Part shown: piece after piece, positions 1 to 9,497 of the stretch
How the letters are laid out: the number at the start of each line of letters is the position of its first letter
How positions within the stretch are numbered: position 1 is the stretch's first letter
Assembly: GCA_963728565.1 (NCBI GenBank)
Contig: CAVSLC010000009.1
Location: forward strand, 32,001-96,000
Length of the DNA: 64,000 nucleotides
From: an uncultured delta proteobacterium
Lineage (GTDB): Bacteria; Desulfobacterota; Binatia; UBA9968
Reading direction: 5' to 3'
The notes under the pieces: model-generated
Seen by the model: only the letters and a program-made list of their open reading frames with translations
What the model was told of the DNA's origin: nothing
The model's database searches: none
Made by a program: the position numbers and the translations under genes

Positions 1-2001
1 CGTTGCTTTATCCACTTCTATGATGGCCGCGTGAGCGCCCGCCGAAAAAGTAAACTGCGCGCGCACTAGACGGTCGGCGCCGGGAACAATGTTCGGTTTG
101 GCGTGTGGGAACGTGTAGTAGTGGGTCGCCTGTAGTCCCGCTTCCATGTCATCGGGAATTAGATGCTGGTTGTTGTAGGCGACCCGTCCGAGTTCGGCAA
201 AAGTCACTTTCTTGGTGGCTGAACCGGGTACCTGGACCACACCGTTTTCGATGGTCAATTCCGCGGCATCGGCGTTAAGCAGGTGCGCGGCTAACTTCAC
301 CACCTTCTCCCGCAGCTTTTTTGCCGCGCCGTGGATAGCGCCGATATCGTAGAGATGGAAATTGTTGCCGCTGTTGGCCGCCGCCACGCCCCAAGGCGAC
401 AGATCGCTATCGAAAGGAATACTCGTGCTGATCTGATCAGGAGTCGTCCCTAAGATATCCGCGGCAACTTGGGCCGTCGTCGTCTCGTGCGCCTGGCCGC
501 AATTGGGCGAGCCCAAATGCAACGCAATGGTGCCGTTCTTTTCGAGCTTGATGGTGGCGCCGTTGACACCGCCCGATCCCGGCGGCTCTTTCATCTCAGG
601 AAAGATCGCCATATCCCGGGCGGCGTTCCGGCCCCCGGGTTCGACGCCGACGACGATGCCGATGCCGATTAAACGGCCTTTTTCGCGCTCGCGCTTTTGC
701 TCTTCGCGTAGCTTATCGTAATCAATTTTTTCCAGGAGAGTTGACAGCAGGCCGGGATAATCGCCGCTGTCATAGACGTTGCCGCTGATGGTCCGGTACG
801 GCATCTCACTCGGTTGAATCAAATTTTTTCGGCGTACGTCGATGGGACTCATGTTCAAGTCCTGGGCGACGCGATCCATCATCCGCTCCCAGATGTAACA
901 CATGCCGGGTTTACCGATGCCGCGATTTGGAATCACCGGACATTTGTTAGTGACCACCGCATAGCCTTCCATGGCGATACTGGGGGTGCGGTACGTATTC
1001 GATAGATTGTTTAACTTATTGGTGAAATGAATCGTCAATGTGCTGATTGAGCCGCCGACATCGTCGTATTCCTTAAAGCGCAGCCCGAGCACGGTGCCGT
1101 CATTTTTAACGGCGGCCTCGGCCTCAAACTCCTGGGCGCACGCGTGTCCCCCAGCCATCATGTGCTCGCTGCGATCTTCCACCCACTTCACGGGCCTGCC
1201 GCTTTTCATCGATAGCAATGCGACCATGACGACGTACTTGCGGATCAAGTGAATTTTTTGTCCGAATCCGCCGCCAACATCAGGAATGATGACGCGCACG
1301 TCTTGCAGCCCGAGCGCCTCACGCAAACCATCGTAGATCACTTCCGGCACCTGTGCCGTGACCCAGACCGTCAGTCGTTTGCTGGCGGAATCGTAGGATG
1401 CGATGACCACGAACGGCTCCAGCGGCGTCGAGCTGTAACGGTGAATTTTTAAGTTTTCTTTGACAACGCGGTCGGCCGATTTAAATGCGCCATCGATGTC
1501 GCCGTATTGGAGCGAGCCATGCCAGGCCAGATTGCTGCCCAACTCCTCGAACAGTGTCGCGGAGGAAGGCTTGATCGCTTCGCGTACGTCAACCACCGGA
1601 CGGATCGGCTCGTATTCCACCGAGATGAGCTCCAAAGCATCTTCCGCGGTGCCGCGGTCGCGAGCGGCGACTGCGCCGAGAGGCTCACCGACGTAACGCA
1701 CTTTATCGACGGCGCCGGCATACTCATCGATAGGCCGTTTTAGGCCGGCGGCGTAGCGACCCGGCTTAAACGGTTTGGTGCTTTGCTTGATATCGTCCGG
1801 GGTAATCACTGCTATGACGTTGGGATTGGCCAAAGCTTGCGCAGGATCGACGGACAGAATTTTCGCGTGCGCGTGCGGGCTGCGCAGAATCATCGCCTGC
1901 AACATGCCGGGCAAAATGAAGTCGTCGGTATAAAGACCTCGACCGCTGACATGTCGCGGCCCTTCTTTGCTGCGCGTGCGACTGCCAATGAAATTAGACA
2001 T
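1..2001 (-). CDS. Xanthine dehydrogenase-family molybdopterin large subunit (3' end runs off the window)
   Basis: Not in the ORF track because it has no stop in the window. Translated by hand from ATG 2001: MSNFIGSRTRSKEGPRHVSGRGLYTDD..ILRSPHAHAKI..VGGGFGQK..TNKCPVIPNRGIGKP..YDSGDY..NCGQAHETT; stays in frame to position 1. Confidence 0.93.
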   Translation of the reverse strand, partial: MSNFIGSRTRSKEGPRHVSGRGLYTDDFILPGMLQAMILRSPHAHAKILSVDPAQALANPNVIAVITPDDIKQSTKPFKPGRYAAGLKRPIDEYAGAVDKVRYVGEPLGAVAARDRGTAEDALELISVEYEPIRPVVDVREAIKPSSATLFEELGSNLAWHGSLQYGDIDGAFKSADRVVKENLKIHRYSSTPLEPFVVIASYDSASKRLTVWVTAQVPEVIYDGLREALGLQDVRVIIPDVGGGFGQKIHLIRKYVVMVALLSMKSGRPVKWVEDRSEHMMAGGHACAQEFEAEAAVKNDGTVLGLRFKEYDDVGGSISTLTIHFTNKLNNLSNTYRTPSIAMEGYAVVTNKCPVIPNRGIGKPGMCYIWERMMDRVAQDLNMSPIDVRRKNLIQPSEMPYRTISGNVYDSGDYPGLLSTLLEKIDYDKLREEQKREREKGRLIGIGIVVGVEPGGRNAARDMAIFPEMKEPPGSGGVNGATIKLEKNGTIALHLGSPNCGQAHETTTAQVAADILGTTPDQISTSIPFDSDLSPWGVAAANSGNNFHLYDIGAIHGAAKKLREKVVKLAAHLLNADAAELTIENGVVQVPGSATKKVTFAELGRVAYNNQHLIPDDMEAGLQATHYYTFPHAKPNIVPGADRLVRAQFTFSAGAHAAIIEVDKAT

Positions 2002-2467
2002 GGCTGGATCCTTTTGCCGCGTCCTTTACGGCTTCGACGATCTGCACATAACCGGTGCACATGCACAGATTGCCGCCGAGCGCTTTGCGAATTTCGTCTT
2101 CGGTGGGCTGGGGATGATCGCGCAAAAGCGCATGGCTTGCCATCACCATCCCGGGGGTGCAGTATCCGCATTGTAAGGCGTAATGCTTAACGAACGCTTC
2201 TTGAATTACACTCAGCTGACCGTCTTTGGCCAATCCCTCGATTGTCGTCACACTGCAGCCATCCGCCTGCACCGCAAAGTGTAGACAAGATTTAATCAGC
2301 TTGTCATCGAGAAGAACCGAGCACGCGCCGCATTCGCCGACGACGCAGCCGACGTGGGTACCGGTTAAGCCGATGGTTTCGCGCAGAAAGTGCGATAGCA
2401 AAATGCGCGGCTCGACATCTTCTTCATACAAGCGTCCGTTAACAGTGACGCGTATCGTTTTCTTCAT
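1994..2467 (-). CDS. 2Fe-2S small subunit (CoxS/XdhC-like)
   Basis: GCVVGECGAC, QCGYCTPG and NLCMCTGY motifs. Start chosen at MKKTIRV (2467). Overlaps the start of the downstream large subunit. Confidence 0.93.
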   Translation of the reverse strand: MKKTIRVTVNGRLYEEDVEPRILLSHFLRETIGLTGTHVGCVVGECGACSVLLDDKLIKSCLHFAVQADGCSVTTIEGLAKDGQLSVIQEAFVKHYALQCGYCTPGMVMASHALLRDHPQPTEDEIRKALGGNLCMCTGYVQIVEAVKDAAKGSSHV

Positions 2468-2499
2468 AGTGTTTAAACTAACGTTTGCCGGAAAACCGG

Positions 2500-3360
2500 T
2501 CAACTAAGGCGCTGGATGGCTTGTGCAGCGGCGCGACGCACAAGCACTTTGACCAGGTCACGCTTATAATCTGCCGAGCCGCGATTGTCGTCCATAGGAT
2601 CGACCTCGGTCGCGGCAACTTCGCCAGCTTCTCGGAGGAGGTCGTCTGAAAGCCGCTGTCCGCGTAAGACATCCTCGGCGCGTTTGGCGCGCATGATTGT
2701 GGAAGCCACTGAGTTAAGCGCCAGCCGCACATCTTCGCAGGAGCCCGCCTTGGCGCGCAACGTCATGGCGACGCCCACGGTCGCGAAATCTTCTACGCTG
2801 CGAGGGGTGAACTTAATGTGGGACCAGCCGGGCCGTTGAGGTGGTGGAACGCGTATTTCCGTCAACAACTCGCCGGGTTCTAGCGCAGTCTGATAGTAGT
2901 CGACAAAAAAATCCTCTAACGATGCGGTTCTCTTTCCATTGCTGCTGGCCAACGTGAGTTCCGCATCCAGAGCAAGCAGGCTAGCGCCCGGATCTGTCAG
3001 TGGATCGCCACCGGCTAAGTTGCCGCCGATGGTTCCCATGTTGCGAATTCTGGGCTGCGCGACTTTGCGAAAGGTTTCGTGGAGCAGGGGATAGTACTGC
3101 TTCACCGCAGGTGAAAGCTCGATATCGCGGTGGCGCGCGCCGGCGCCGATGTGCAAGCCGTCTTGTGGGTCGAACGTAATCGTGTCGAAACCGGGAATCC
3201 GGCCGAGGCCGATTACCACCTTGGGCATCAGCAAACGTTGGCGCATCCAGATGATCAGGGAAGTGCCTCCGGCAATTACCCGGGCATTATCCCCGTGTTG
3301 TTGCAGAAGCGAAAAAGCTTCGGATAGAGTAGCCGGCTCCAAGTAGTCGAATCTGTTCAT
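2500..3360 (-). CDS. FAD-binding medium subunit (CoxM-like)
   Basis: IAGGTSL, IRNMGTIGGNL and DNRGSADYKR motifs. 286 aa, without the Cys-rich 4Fe-4S insert of HcrB. Confidence 0.93.
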   Translation of the reverse strand: MNRFDYLEPATLSEAFSLLQQHGDNARVIAGGTSLIIWMRQRLLMPKVVIGLGRIPGFDTITFDPQDGLHIGAGARHRDIELSPAVKQYYPLLHETFRKVAQPRIRNMGTIGGNLAGGDPLTDPGASLLALDAELTLASSNGKRTASLEDFFVDYYQTALEPGELLTEIRVPPPQRPGWSHIKFTPRSVEDFATVGVAMTLRAKAGSCEDVRLALNSVASTIMRAKRAEDVLRGQRLSDDLLREAGEVAATEVDPMDDNRGSADYKRDLVKVLVRRAAAQAIQRLS

Positions 3361-5654
3361 GACTTAACAGTTTCTCTGGCGCGGTTTTCCTGCAAGCCAC
3401 GGAGGATTTTCTCCGGCGTGATCGGCAGCGTCCTAATGCGCACTCCGACGGCATCGAAGATGGCATTGCTGATGACCGCCGCTGTCGGATCCATATTCAA
3501 TTCGCCTAATCCCTTGGCGCCAAAGGGGCCGGTCGGCTCGTAGGACTCCGCGAATGCGTGCTGGAGCGGCGGCATGTCTCGCATCGACGGAATGCGGTAA
3601 TCAGAAAAATTCGGATTGACCGGTTTGCCTTCATCGATTTGCAAACCTTCGGTGAGTGCATAGCCAATTCCCTGCGATAATCCGCCTTCCACCTGCCCCT
3701 CGGCTCCGAGAGGATAGATGACCGTGCCACAGTCGGAGGCGATGACAAACTTCAATATCTCGACCTGTCCGGTTTCCGGATCGACGCGAACCTGCGCGGC
3801 CTGAACGCCGTAATTGTACGCGCCCGATTCGTTGCCGAAACGTGTGCTGTCCGGTAATACGGAGTCGGCATCGAAGCTGCCGGAGCCGACGATCGGCGCG
3901 CCATTATGGCGAAACAGCCGTGCTCGAGCGACGTCGGCTACTGACACTGACTTCCCTTGGGTGCCAGCCACGAATATGCGCCCATCGTTGGCAACGAGGT
4001 CTTCGGCATTGGCTTCGAGCATTTCAGCTGCTTGCTGGAAAAGTTGTTGCTTTACGTTGGCGGCGGCGTTTTTTACCGCGTTGCCGCTGACGTAGGTGAG
4101 CCGGCTGGCAAACGCGCCTAAACAGAACGTCGTCAAATCAGTGTCGGCCCGCGAGATCTCTACGTCTTCAACTGGCAGCCCCAGTTCTTCAGCGGCAATC
4201 TGGCACATCGCGGTATGAACTCCCTGCCCGCATTCACCTTCGCCGCTGAGGATCAACGCTTTGCCATCTTCGTTCAGCTTGATGGTCGCGGAACTGCCGT
4301 CATAGTCACCGAAGTGACGCTTGCCGCTTACGTGCACCGTGCATGCCAACCCCAAGCCGGTATTCGGCTCCCTGTTGGCGCGCCGCGTTTTCCAATCGAT
4401 CATCTTCTCCGCCATATCGAGACACTGCTTCAACTCGCAACTGGTGACCCGGTTGCCGTGCGGCGAGACGTACCCGGTTTCGGCCGCATTGATGCGCGCG
4501 ATTTCGATGGGATCTATGCCAAGCTCATGCGCGCCCAAATCGATCGCCTGCTCGACCGCCCATTCGGCTGACGGGTTACCGAATCCACGAAACGCGCCGG
4601 TTGGGATTTTATTGGTATAGACCAGATGAGCTTCGGTTTTGACATCCGAATACTTATAGCAGGTGTCATGGCGCATGGCCGCTACTCCGGTGATTGCCGG
4701 CGCTTTCGCGGAATAGGCGCCGTTGTCGGCGATCACCTTGATATGCTTGGCGCGAATGCGACCATCCTTTTTGAAGCCGAGCTTGACATTGATCTTCATG
4801 AAAACTCGCGGACGGCAGCCAGCCAGGAATTCTTCTTCACGCGTGTTGATAAGCTTCACGGGTTTGCCGGCTTTGCGCGATAGAACCGCGGCCACCAATG
4901 CGTTATTGTCGTCGCACGATTTGCCGCCGAAGCCGCCGCCGACCGCGCTCTGGATGATCCGCACGTCGGTCTCGGGCACGCCGAGCGCTGTGGCAATTCG
5001 GTAACGCGCGTTAAACAAAGTTTGGGTGTTCATGTAGATCGTGTATTTGCCGTTGGGCGAATATTCGGCAACGCTACCGATGGTTTCGATAGAGCAGTGC
5101 CATTGCGGCATGCTCTGGAACGTGTCTTCGACGATCACATCGGACTCAGCGAAGGCTTGGGCGATATTGCCGCGCTCGATGTCCATCGTCATTGCAATAT
5201 TATTGGGCTTGTCGTCATGCACCAGCGGCGCGCCGTCTTGCATCGCTTCTTCGGCGTCGAAGACCCCGGGCAGCGGTTCCCAATCGACCTCGATCAAATC
5301 GATGGCCTCCTCGGCGATGTCGGGATCTATGGCCGCGACCGCGGCGACTTCTTCGCCAACGTAACGCGTCTTTCCGACGGAAAGGATATACTGATCGGCA
5401 AAAAACGCGCCCCACGGTCGTTTGATGGTATCTTCAGCGGTGACCACGGCGCGCACGCCGCGAAGTTTTTCCGCCTTGCGGGTATCGATGCTGCGGATCC
5501 GCGCATGGGGAAACGGGCTGCGCAGCACTTTGCCGATCAGCATATTCGGAAGAAAAACATCCGCGATGAATTTCGAATCACCAGTGACCTTGTCGAAGCC
5601 TTCGACTCGCTGAACGCGCCGGCCGACGACCGAGAACTTTTCTGCTTTTGCCAT
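3357..5654 (-). CDS. Xanthine dehydrogenase-family molybdopterin large subunit
   Basis: LRSPFPHARI, VGGGFGGK, GAFRGFG, GQG, GAFASR and GAKGLGE (catalytic Glu) motifs. Confidence 0.95.
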   Translation of the reverse strand: MAKAEKFSVVGRRVQRVEGFDKVTGDSKFIADVFLPNMLIGKVLRSPFPHARIRSIDTRKAEKLRGVRAVVTAEDTIKRPWGAFFADQYILSVGKTRYVGEEVAAVAAIDPDIAEEAIDLIEVDWEPLPGVFDAEEAMQDGAPLVHDDKPNNIAMTMDIERGNIAQAFAESDVIVEDTFQSMPQWHCSIETIGSVAEYSPNGKYTIYMNTQTLFNARYRIATALGVPETDVRIIQSAVGGGFGGKSCDDNNALVAAVLSRKAGKPVKLINTREEEFLAGCRPRVFMKINVKLGFKKDGRIRAKHIKVIADNGAYSAKAPAITGVAAMRHDTCYKYSDVKTEAHLVYTNKIPTGAFRGFGNPSAEWAVEQAIDLGAHELGIDPIEIARINAAETGYVSPHGNRVTSCELKQCLDMAEKMIDWKTRRANREPNTGLGLACTVHVSGKRHFGDYDGSSATIKLNEDGKALILSGEGECGQGVHTAMCQIAAEELGLPVEDVEISRADTDLTTFCLGAFASRLTYVSGNAVKNAAANVKQQLFQQAAEMLEANAEDLVANDGRIFVAGTQGKSVSVADVARARLFRHNGAPIVGSGSFDADSVLPDSTRFGNESGAYNYGVQAAQVRVDPETGQVEILKFVIASDCGTVIYPLGAEGQVEGGLSQGIGYALTEGLQIDEGKPVNPNFSDYRIPSMRDMPPLQHAFAESYEPTGPFGAKGLGELNMDPTAAVISNAIFDAVGVRIRTLPITPEKILRGLQENRARETVKS

Positions 5655-5757
5655 AGGTTACGATCTCTTTATAATTCGTAGAACGTCTATATGCGATCCT
5701 TGTGACCGCTTGGGCTCAAGTCAATCCTTTCACTTGGAATTGACGCGCTCAGCGCGC

Positions 5758-6327
5758 TCACTCACCTTTGTGTGCCTGAGGTGTCTTTGCGACCGCTTTG
5801 TATACGTCCAGGCTTTGAATTTTTGCGGTCTGCTCGCGTTTTCGAAATGCGAAATCAGGATCGATCTGGTTATTAACCACCGCCATCACGGCTTCGAGAA
5901 TTTTATAGTAGCCGGTGCAGCGGCAGAGATTGCCCGACATCCATTCCTTGACCTGGTCTTCTGTTGGCGTGGGGTTTTCGTCCAAAAGAGACTTCGCAGC
6001 CATGATCTGTCCGGGAGTGCAGATGCCGCATTGAAAGCCGCCGTACTCGATGAAAGCCTGCTGCAGCGGGTGGAGCTTGCCATTCTTGGCGAGACCTTCG
6101 ATGGTTTGGATCTCTTTACCGCCGCAGCCAGCCGCCAATGTCAGGCACGAGCTCACGACCCTGCCGTCGACAATGACACTGCATGCGCCGCAGACACCAA
6201 TGGAGCACCCTTCCTTCGTTCCAGTCAAACCGAGCGTATCCCTGAGGACTTGAAGCAGGAGCCGGTTTGACTCTATTTCAACCTCGTGTTCCTCACCGTT
6301 GACGATAAAACAGACGTTCTTCTTCAT
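5758..6327 (-). CDS. 2Fe-2S small subunit (CoxS/XdhC-like)
   Basis: GCSIGVCGAC, FQCGICTPG and NLCRCTGY motifs. Confidence 0.93.
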   Translation of the reverse strand: MKKNVCFIVNGEEHEVEIESNRLLLQVLRDTLGLTGTKEGCSIGVCGACSVIVDGRVVSSCLTLAAGCGGKEIQTIEGLAKNGKLHPLQQAFIEYGGFQCGICTPGQIMAAKSLLDENPTPTEDQVKEWMSGNLCRCTGYYKILEAVMAVVNNQIDPDFAFRKREQTAKIQSLDVYKAVAKTPQAHKGE

Positions 6328-6329
6328 GG

Positions 6330-7985
6330 CTATTCCGAGCGTCCAGTGTGGGATTTACCCCATTTGGCACGCATCGATTTCAATGTCTCGCCTTCCCCTA
6401 CCTGAACTCGAGTTTGGCGCAGTTTCTCCCATACTTTTTCATGTTCGCTTTGCGCTGCCAGCTCGGCTTCCTCTTCCAGATCTTCCGGCCATAGACCCAT
6501 CAAATAGCCATGCCATGGTTCTTGCGGTTCGAGTTTCGGCAGACCCAGCTCTTCCCAGATCTCTCGCGCCCGGACCATGAATTCTTTCTTTGGCAGCGAT
6601 AGGGGCGGAAAGTCAGCCTTGCGGGTAGCGTCGATCAGCAACGAGGACTCGCAATTGTCATAACGGCTCGAGGAATGCGTTGCTACCATGCCTATGGGCG
6701 TGGCGCCGAACGGCCGGTCACCGACAATTTTGATGTCCTTGTGAGGTTGGGAGCGATGGGTGATGGCCCAATTGACGGCAATTGGATCTTTGACATTGAT
6801 GTCCTCGTCGACCGCAACGATCATCTTTCCGACACGGTCGCCATAGTCCAGGACCGCCTGCATGACGCCCCAAGGATCTTCGTCGTTCCTTTTCTTCAAA
6901 CTGACTGCGACATAAGGCCGCAGGTTCACCAAGGGCTCGATCATGTGAACCTCGCGGACGCAGTCAAAGCCTTTGCTGACGATGAAACGTTTGACCAAGG
7001 TCGACATTCCCATCGCTTTAATCTTGGAACTTTCGCTTGGAGTTACCTGGCTGATGATCGAAACCCAGATGGGATCCTTGCGGTGCGTGACGCACTTCAA
7101 CTCGAACATCGTGCTCAACGTTCTGGGATCGACATAACCCATCGACTCGCCGTAAGGACCTTCTTCCTCCATATAGTTGGTCGGAATGATGCCTTCCAGG
7201 ACAATTTCCGCTGTAGCCGGCACCTCCAGGTCCACGGTCTTGCATTTGACTAGCTTCACCGGCGCGCCTGTGAGGCCTCCGGCCAATGCAATTTCATCGA
7301 CGTCCGGCGGTACCTTCTGGGTCGCGCAATAAGATACGGCTGGAACTGTGCCGACCACGATGGCAACCTCCAAAGGCTTTCCGAGCTTGCGGCATTTTTC
7401 CCAATGCGAGGACAAGTCCTGCGGCGTTCCCGACATAAGTCCACTCAGCGCAGGTCCTTTGATCAATCCGCGATAATTGCCGACGTTTCTCCTGCCGCTC
7501 TCCGGGTCTTTCGTGATCCAGTGGCCGGCGGTAATATAAGGACCATTGTCGAATCCCGGTGTGGACATCGGGATCGCGAACTCCAGTAAACCGCCTTGGG
7601 ACAAAAGATCGTCTCCTGTGTGGACCTCCTCCTGGCACGGTCCGGAGCCGATAATGATCGGATCAATGGGATGATCCATGGCGTAGAGCCAGCGATCGGC
7701 AACCTCATCGGGCTGGCACTTCAGCCCCAGACAGTAGATCGCTTCCGAGCCGGCGAGACCGCCGACTAACACGCGGCAATTGTACTTGCGTCCTTTTCCA
7801 TCCGTGACATTGTCGAAGAGAAAGCCGCGGCGCGCTTCTTCGGGTAAGCCGCGAAACTGCCAGCGTACCAACGGTTGTAATTCGCTGTCTTTATTTATTT
7901 CTCGATGAATTCGGTACAGCTTGTCGTGAGCGTCGAGTGCGGCGATAAACTCTCTTAAATCCTCATAAGGTTTAGCAAAATTCAT
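6330..7985 (-). CDS. UbiD-family (prFMN-dependent) decarboxylase
   Basis: DLREFI start, NVGNYR, VPATAEIVLEG, EEGPYGE, VDEDINV..V.WA and IDATRK motifs. Confidence 0.92.
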   Translation of the reverse strand: MNFAKPYEDLREFIAALDAHDKLYRIHREINKDSELQPLVRWQFRGLPEEARRGFLFDNVTDGKGRKYNCRVLVGGLAGSEAIYCLGLKCQPDEVADRWLYAMDHPIDPIIIGSGPCQEEVHTGDDLLSQGGLLEFAIPMSTPGFDNGPYITAGHWITKDPESGRRNVGNYRGLIKGPALSGLMSGTPQDLSSHWEKCRKLGKPLEVAIVVGTVPAVSYCATQKVPPDVDEIALAGGLTGAPVKLVKCKTVDLEVPATAEIVLEGIIPTNYMEEEGPYGESMGYVDPRTLSTMFELKCVTHRKDPIWVSIISQVTPSESSKIKAMGMSTLVKRFIVSKGFDCVREVHMIEPLVNLRPYVAVSLKKRNDEDPWGVMQAVLDYGDRVGKMIVAVDEDINVKDPIAVNWAITHRSQPHKDIKIVGDRPFGATPIGMVATHSSSRYDNCESSLLIDATRKADFPPLSLPKKEFMVRAREIWEELGLPKLEPQEPWHGYLMGLWPEDLEEEAELAAQSEHEKVWEKLRQTRVQVGEGETLKSMRAKWGKSHTGRSE

Positions 7986-8084
7986 AGATTTTTTGTCTAT
8001 GCTTTTTTCCTCGCATTAGCAAGCGGGCTAGGCGAAATTGCTTGCAAATCCGGATCTGATCCGTAACATTGAGAATTCGTTCAT

Positions 8085-9497
8085 ATGTCGCTTAAAATCT
8101 TCAATACACTCAGCGGGGAAAAAGAAGATTTTGTGCCACTGATCCCGGGAGAAGTGCGGATGTACGTGTGCGGCGTGACGGTTTACGATTCCTCGCACAT
8201 CGGCCATGCGCGCTCACTGTTGAGCTTCGATACCATCTATCGCTATCTGAAATTCTCCGGTTATCGCGTGCAATTCGTGCGCAATTTCACCGACGTCGAC
8301 GATAAAATTATCAACAAAGCCAACGACCAGAAAATAAGTTGTAAAGCTGTTACCGACCGCTACATTGACGAATTTCACCGGGACGCCGTGTCTTTAGGAT
8401 TGCTGCCGCCGAGCCTAGAGCCGCGGGCGACCGTGCATATCGCAGAGATCATCGAGCTCATACAAAAACTCGAAGAGCGGCGGCTGGCCTACCGCATCGA
8501 CGGCGATGTATTTTTTTCCGTTCCGGGTTTCCCCGGATATGGCAAGCTTTCGCGCAAAAGGATCGAGGAGTTGGAGGCGGGGGCTCGCGTCGAAATCGAT
8601 GAGCGCAAGAAATCCCCACTCGATTTCGCTCTTTGGAAATCGAGTAAGGCGGGCGAGCCTACTTGGGAAAGCCCCTGGGGTCCGGGCCGTCCGGGCTGGC
8701 ATATCGAGTGTTCGGCGATGAGCAGCAAATATCTCGGTCAGCCGTTCGACATTCACGGCGGCGGCAGAGACTTGATGTTCCCGCATCATGAAAATGAAAT
8801 TGCCCAGTCCGAGGGCGCATTTGGCTTGCCGCTTGCGCGCTACTGGATGCATAATGGGCTCTTGACCGTGAACGGCGAAAAAATGTCGAAGTCGTTAGGC
8901 AACTACTTCACGATAGAGGAGATTCTACAGGAGCACGATCCGGTTGCGCTGCGCCAGTTGTTCTTGACTAGCCATTATCGGAGTCCGGGCGATTTCTCTA
9001 AGGAAGCGCTGCAGGAAGCGGGACGGGCCGCCGAGAGAGTCTATGAAACAATTGAGCGGATTGCGTGTTCCGGAATCAATCGGCAGAACACGGTCGCAGA
9101 CGCCTCATTGATGTCTAGCTTCTGCCAGGAGATGAATGATGACTTTAACACGCCGCGGGCGTTAGCTTTGATCTTTGACGAGGTACGATCTCTCAATCGC
9201 TTGCTCGATGCCAAGCAGAATGATCGCATCGCTGAACGCGCTTCGGCGCTGGAAACCATATGCGAAGCTCTTGGACTGCTGCAAGATGGTCCGGAGGCAT
9301 TTTTCAGCAGGAAGAAGGCACGGTGGCTGCGACAACAAGGCTTTGCGGAAGAGGAGGTGCAGAAGGCAATTGCCGCCAGGGATCAGGCCCGAATGAACAA
9401 GAACTGGCATGAGGCGGATCGTATTCGCAATGAATTACTCGCCAAAGGAATCGTTGTGGAAGACACTCGAGGCGGCACTACTTGGAAGGTTAGATGA
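8085..9497 (+). CDS. cysS: Cysteine--tRNA ligase
   Basis: MYVCGVTVYD, HIGH, GRPGWHIECSAM, FPHHENEIAQ and KMSKS motifs. Confidence 0.99.
   Translation: MSLKIFNTLSGEKEDFVPLIPGEVRMYVCGVTVYDSSHIGHARSLLSFDTIYRYLKFSGYRVQFVRNFTDVDDKIINKANDQKISCKAVTDRYIDEFHRDAVSLGLLPPSLEPRATVHIAEIIELIQKLEERRLAYRIDGDVFFSVPGFPGYGKLSRKRIEELEAGARVEIDERKKSPLDFALWKSSKAGEPTWESPWGPGRPGWHIECSAMSSKYLGQPFDIHGGGRDLMFPHHENEIAQSEGAFGLPLARYWMHNGLLTVNGEKMSKSLGNYFTIEEILQEHDPVALRQLFLTSHYRSPGDFSKEALQEAGRAAERVYETIERIACSGINRQNTVADASLMSSFCQEMNDDFNTPRALALIFDEVRSLNRLLDAKQNDRIAERASALETICEALGLLQDGPEAFFSRKKARWLRQQGFAEEEVQKAIAARDQARMNKNWHEADRIRNELLAKGIVVEDTRGGTTWKVR

Noticed and set aside
469-5681. Numerous plus-strand ORFs in the track
   Set aside because: They are antisense shadows of the well-supported minus-strand genes; the same applies to most short overlapping ORFs elsewhere.
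1-6327. Aerobic CO dehydrogenase or 4-hydroxybenzoyl-CoA reductase
   Set aside because: The loops are not AYRCSFR or AYRGAGR, there are no coxDEFG genes, and the FAD subunit lacks the HcrB Fe-S insert.
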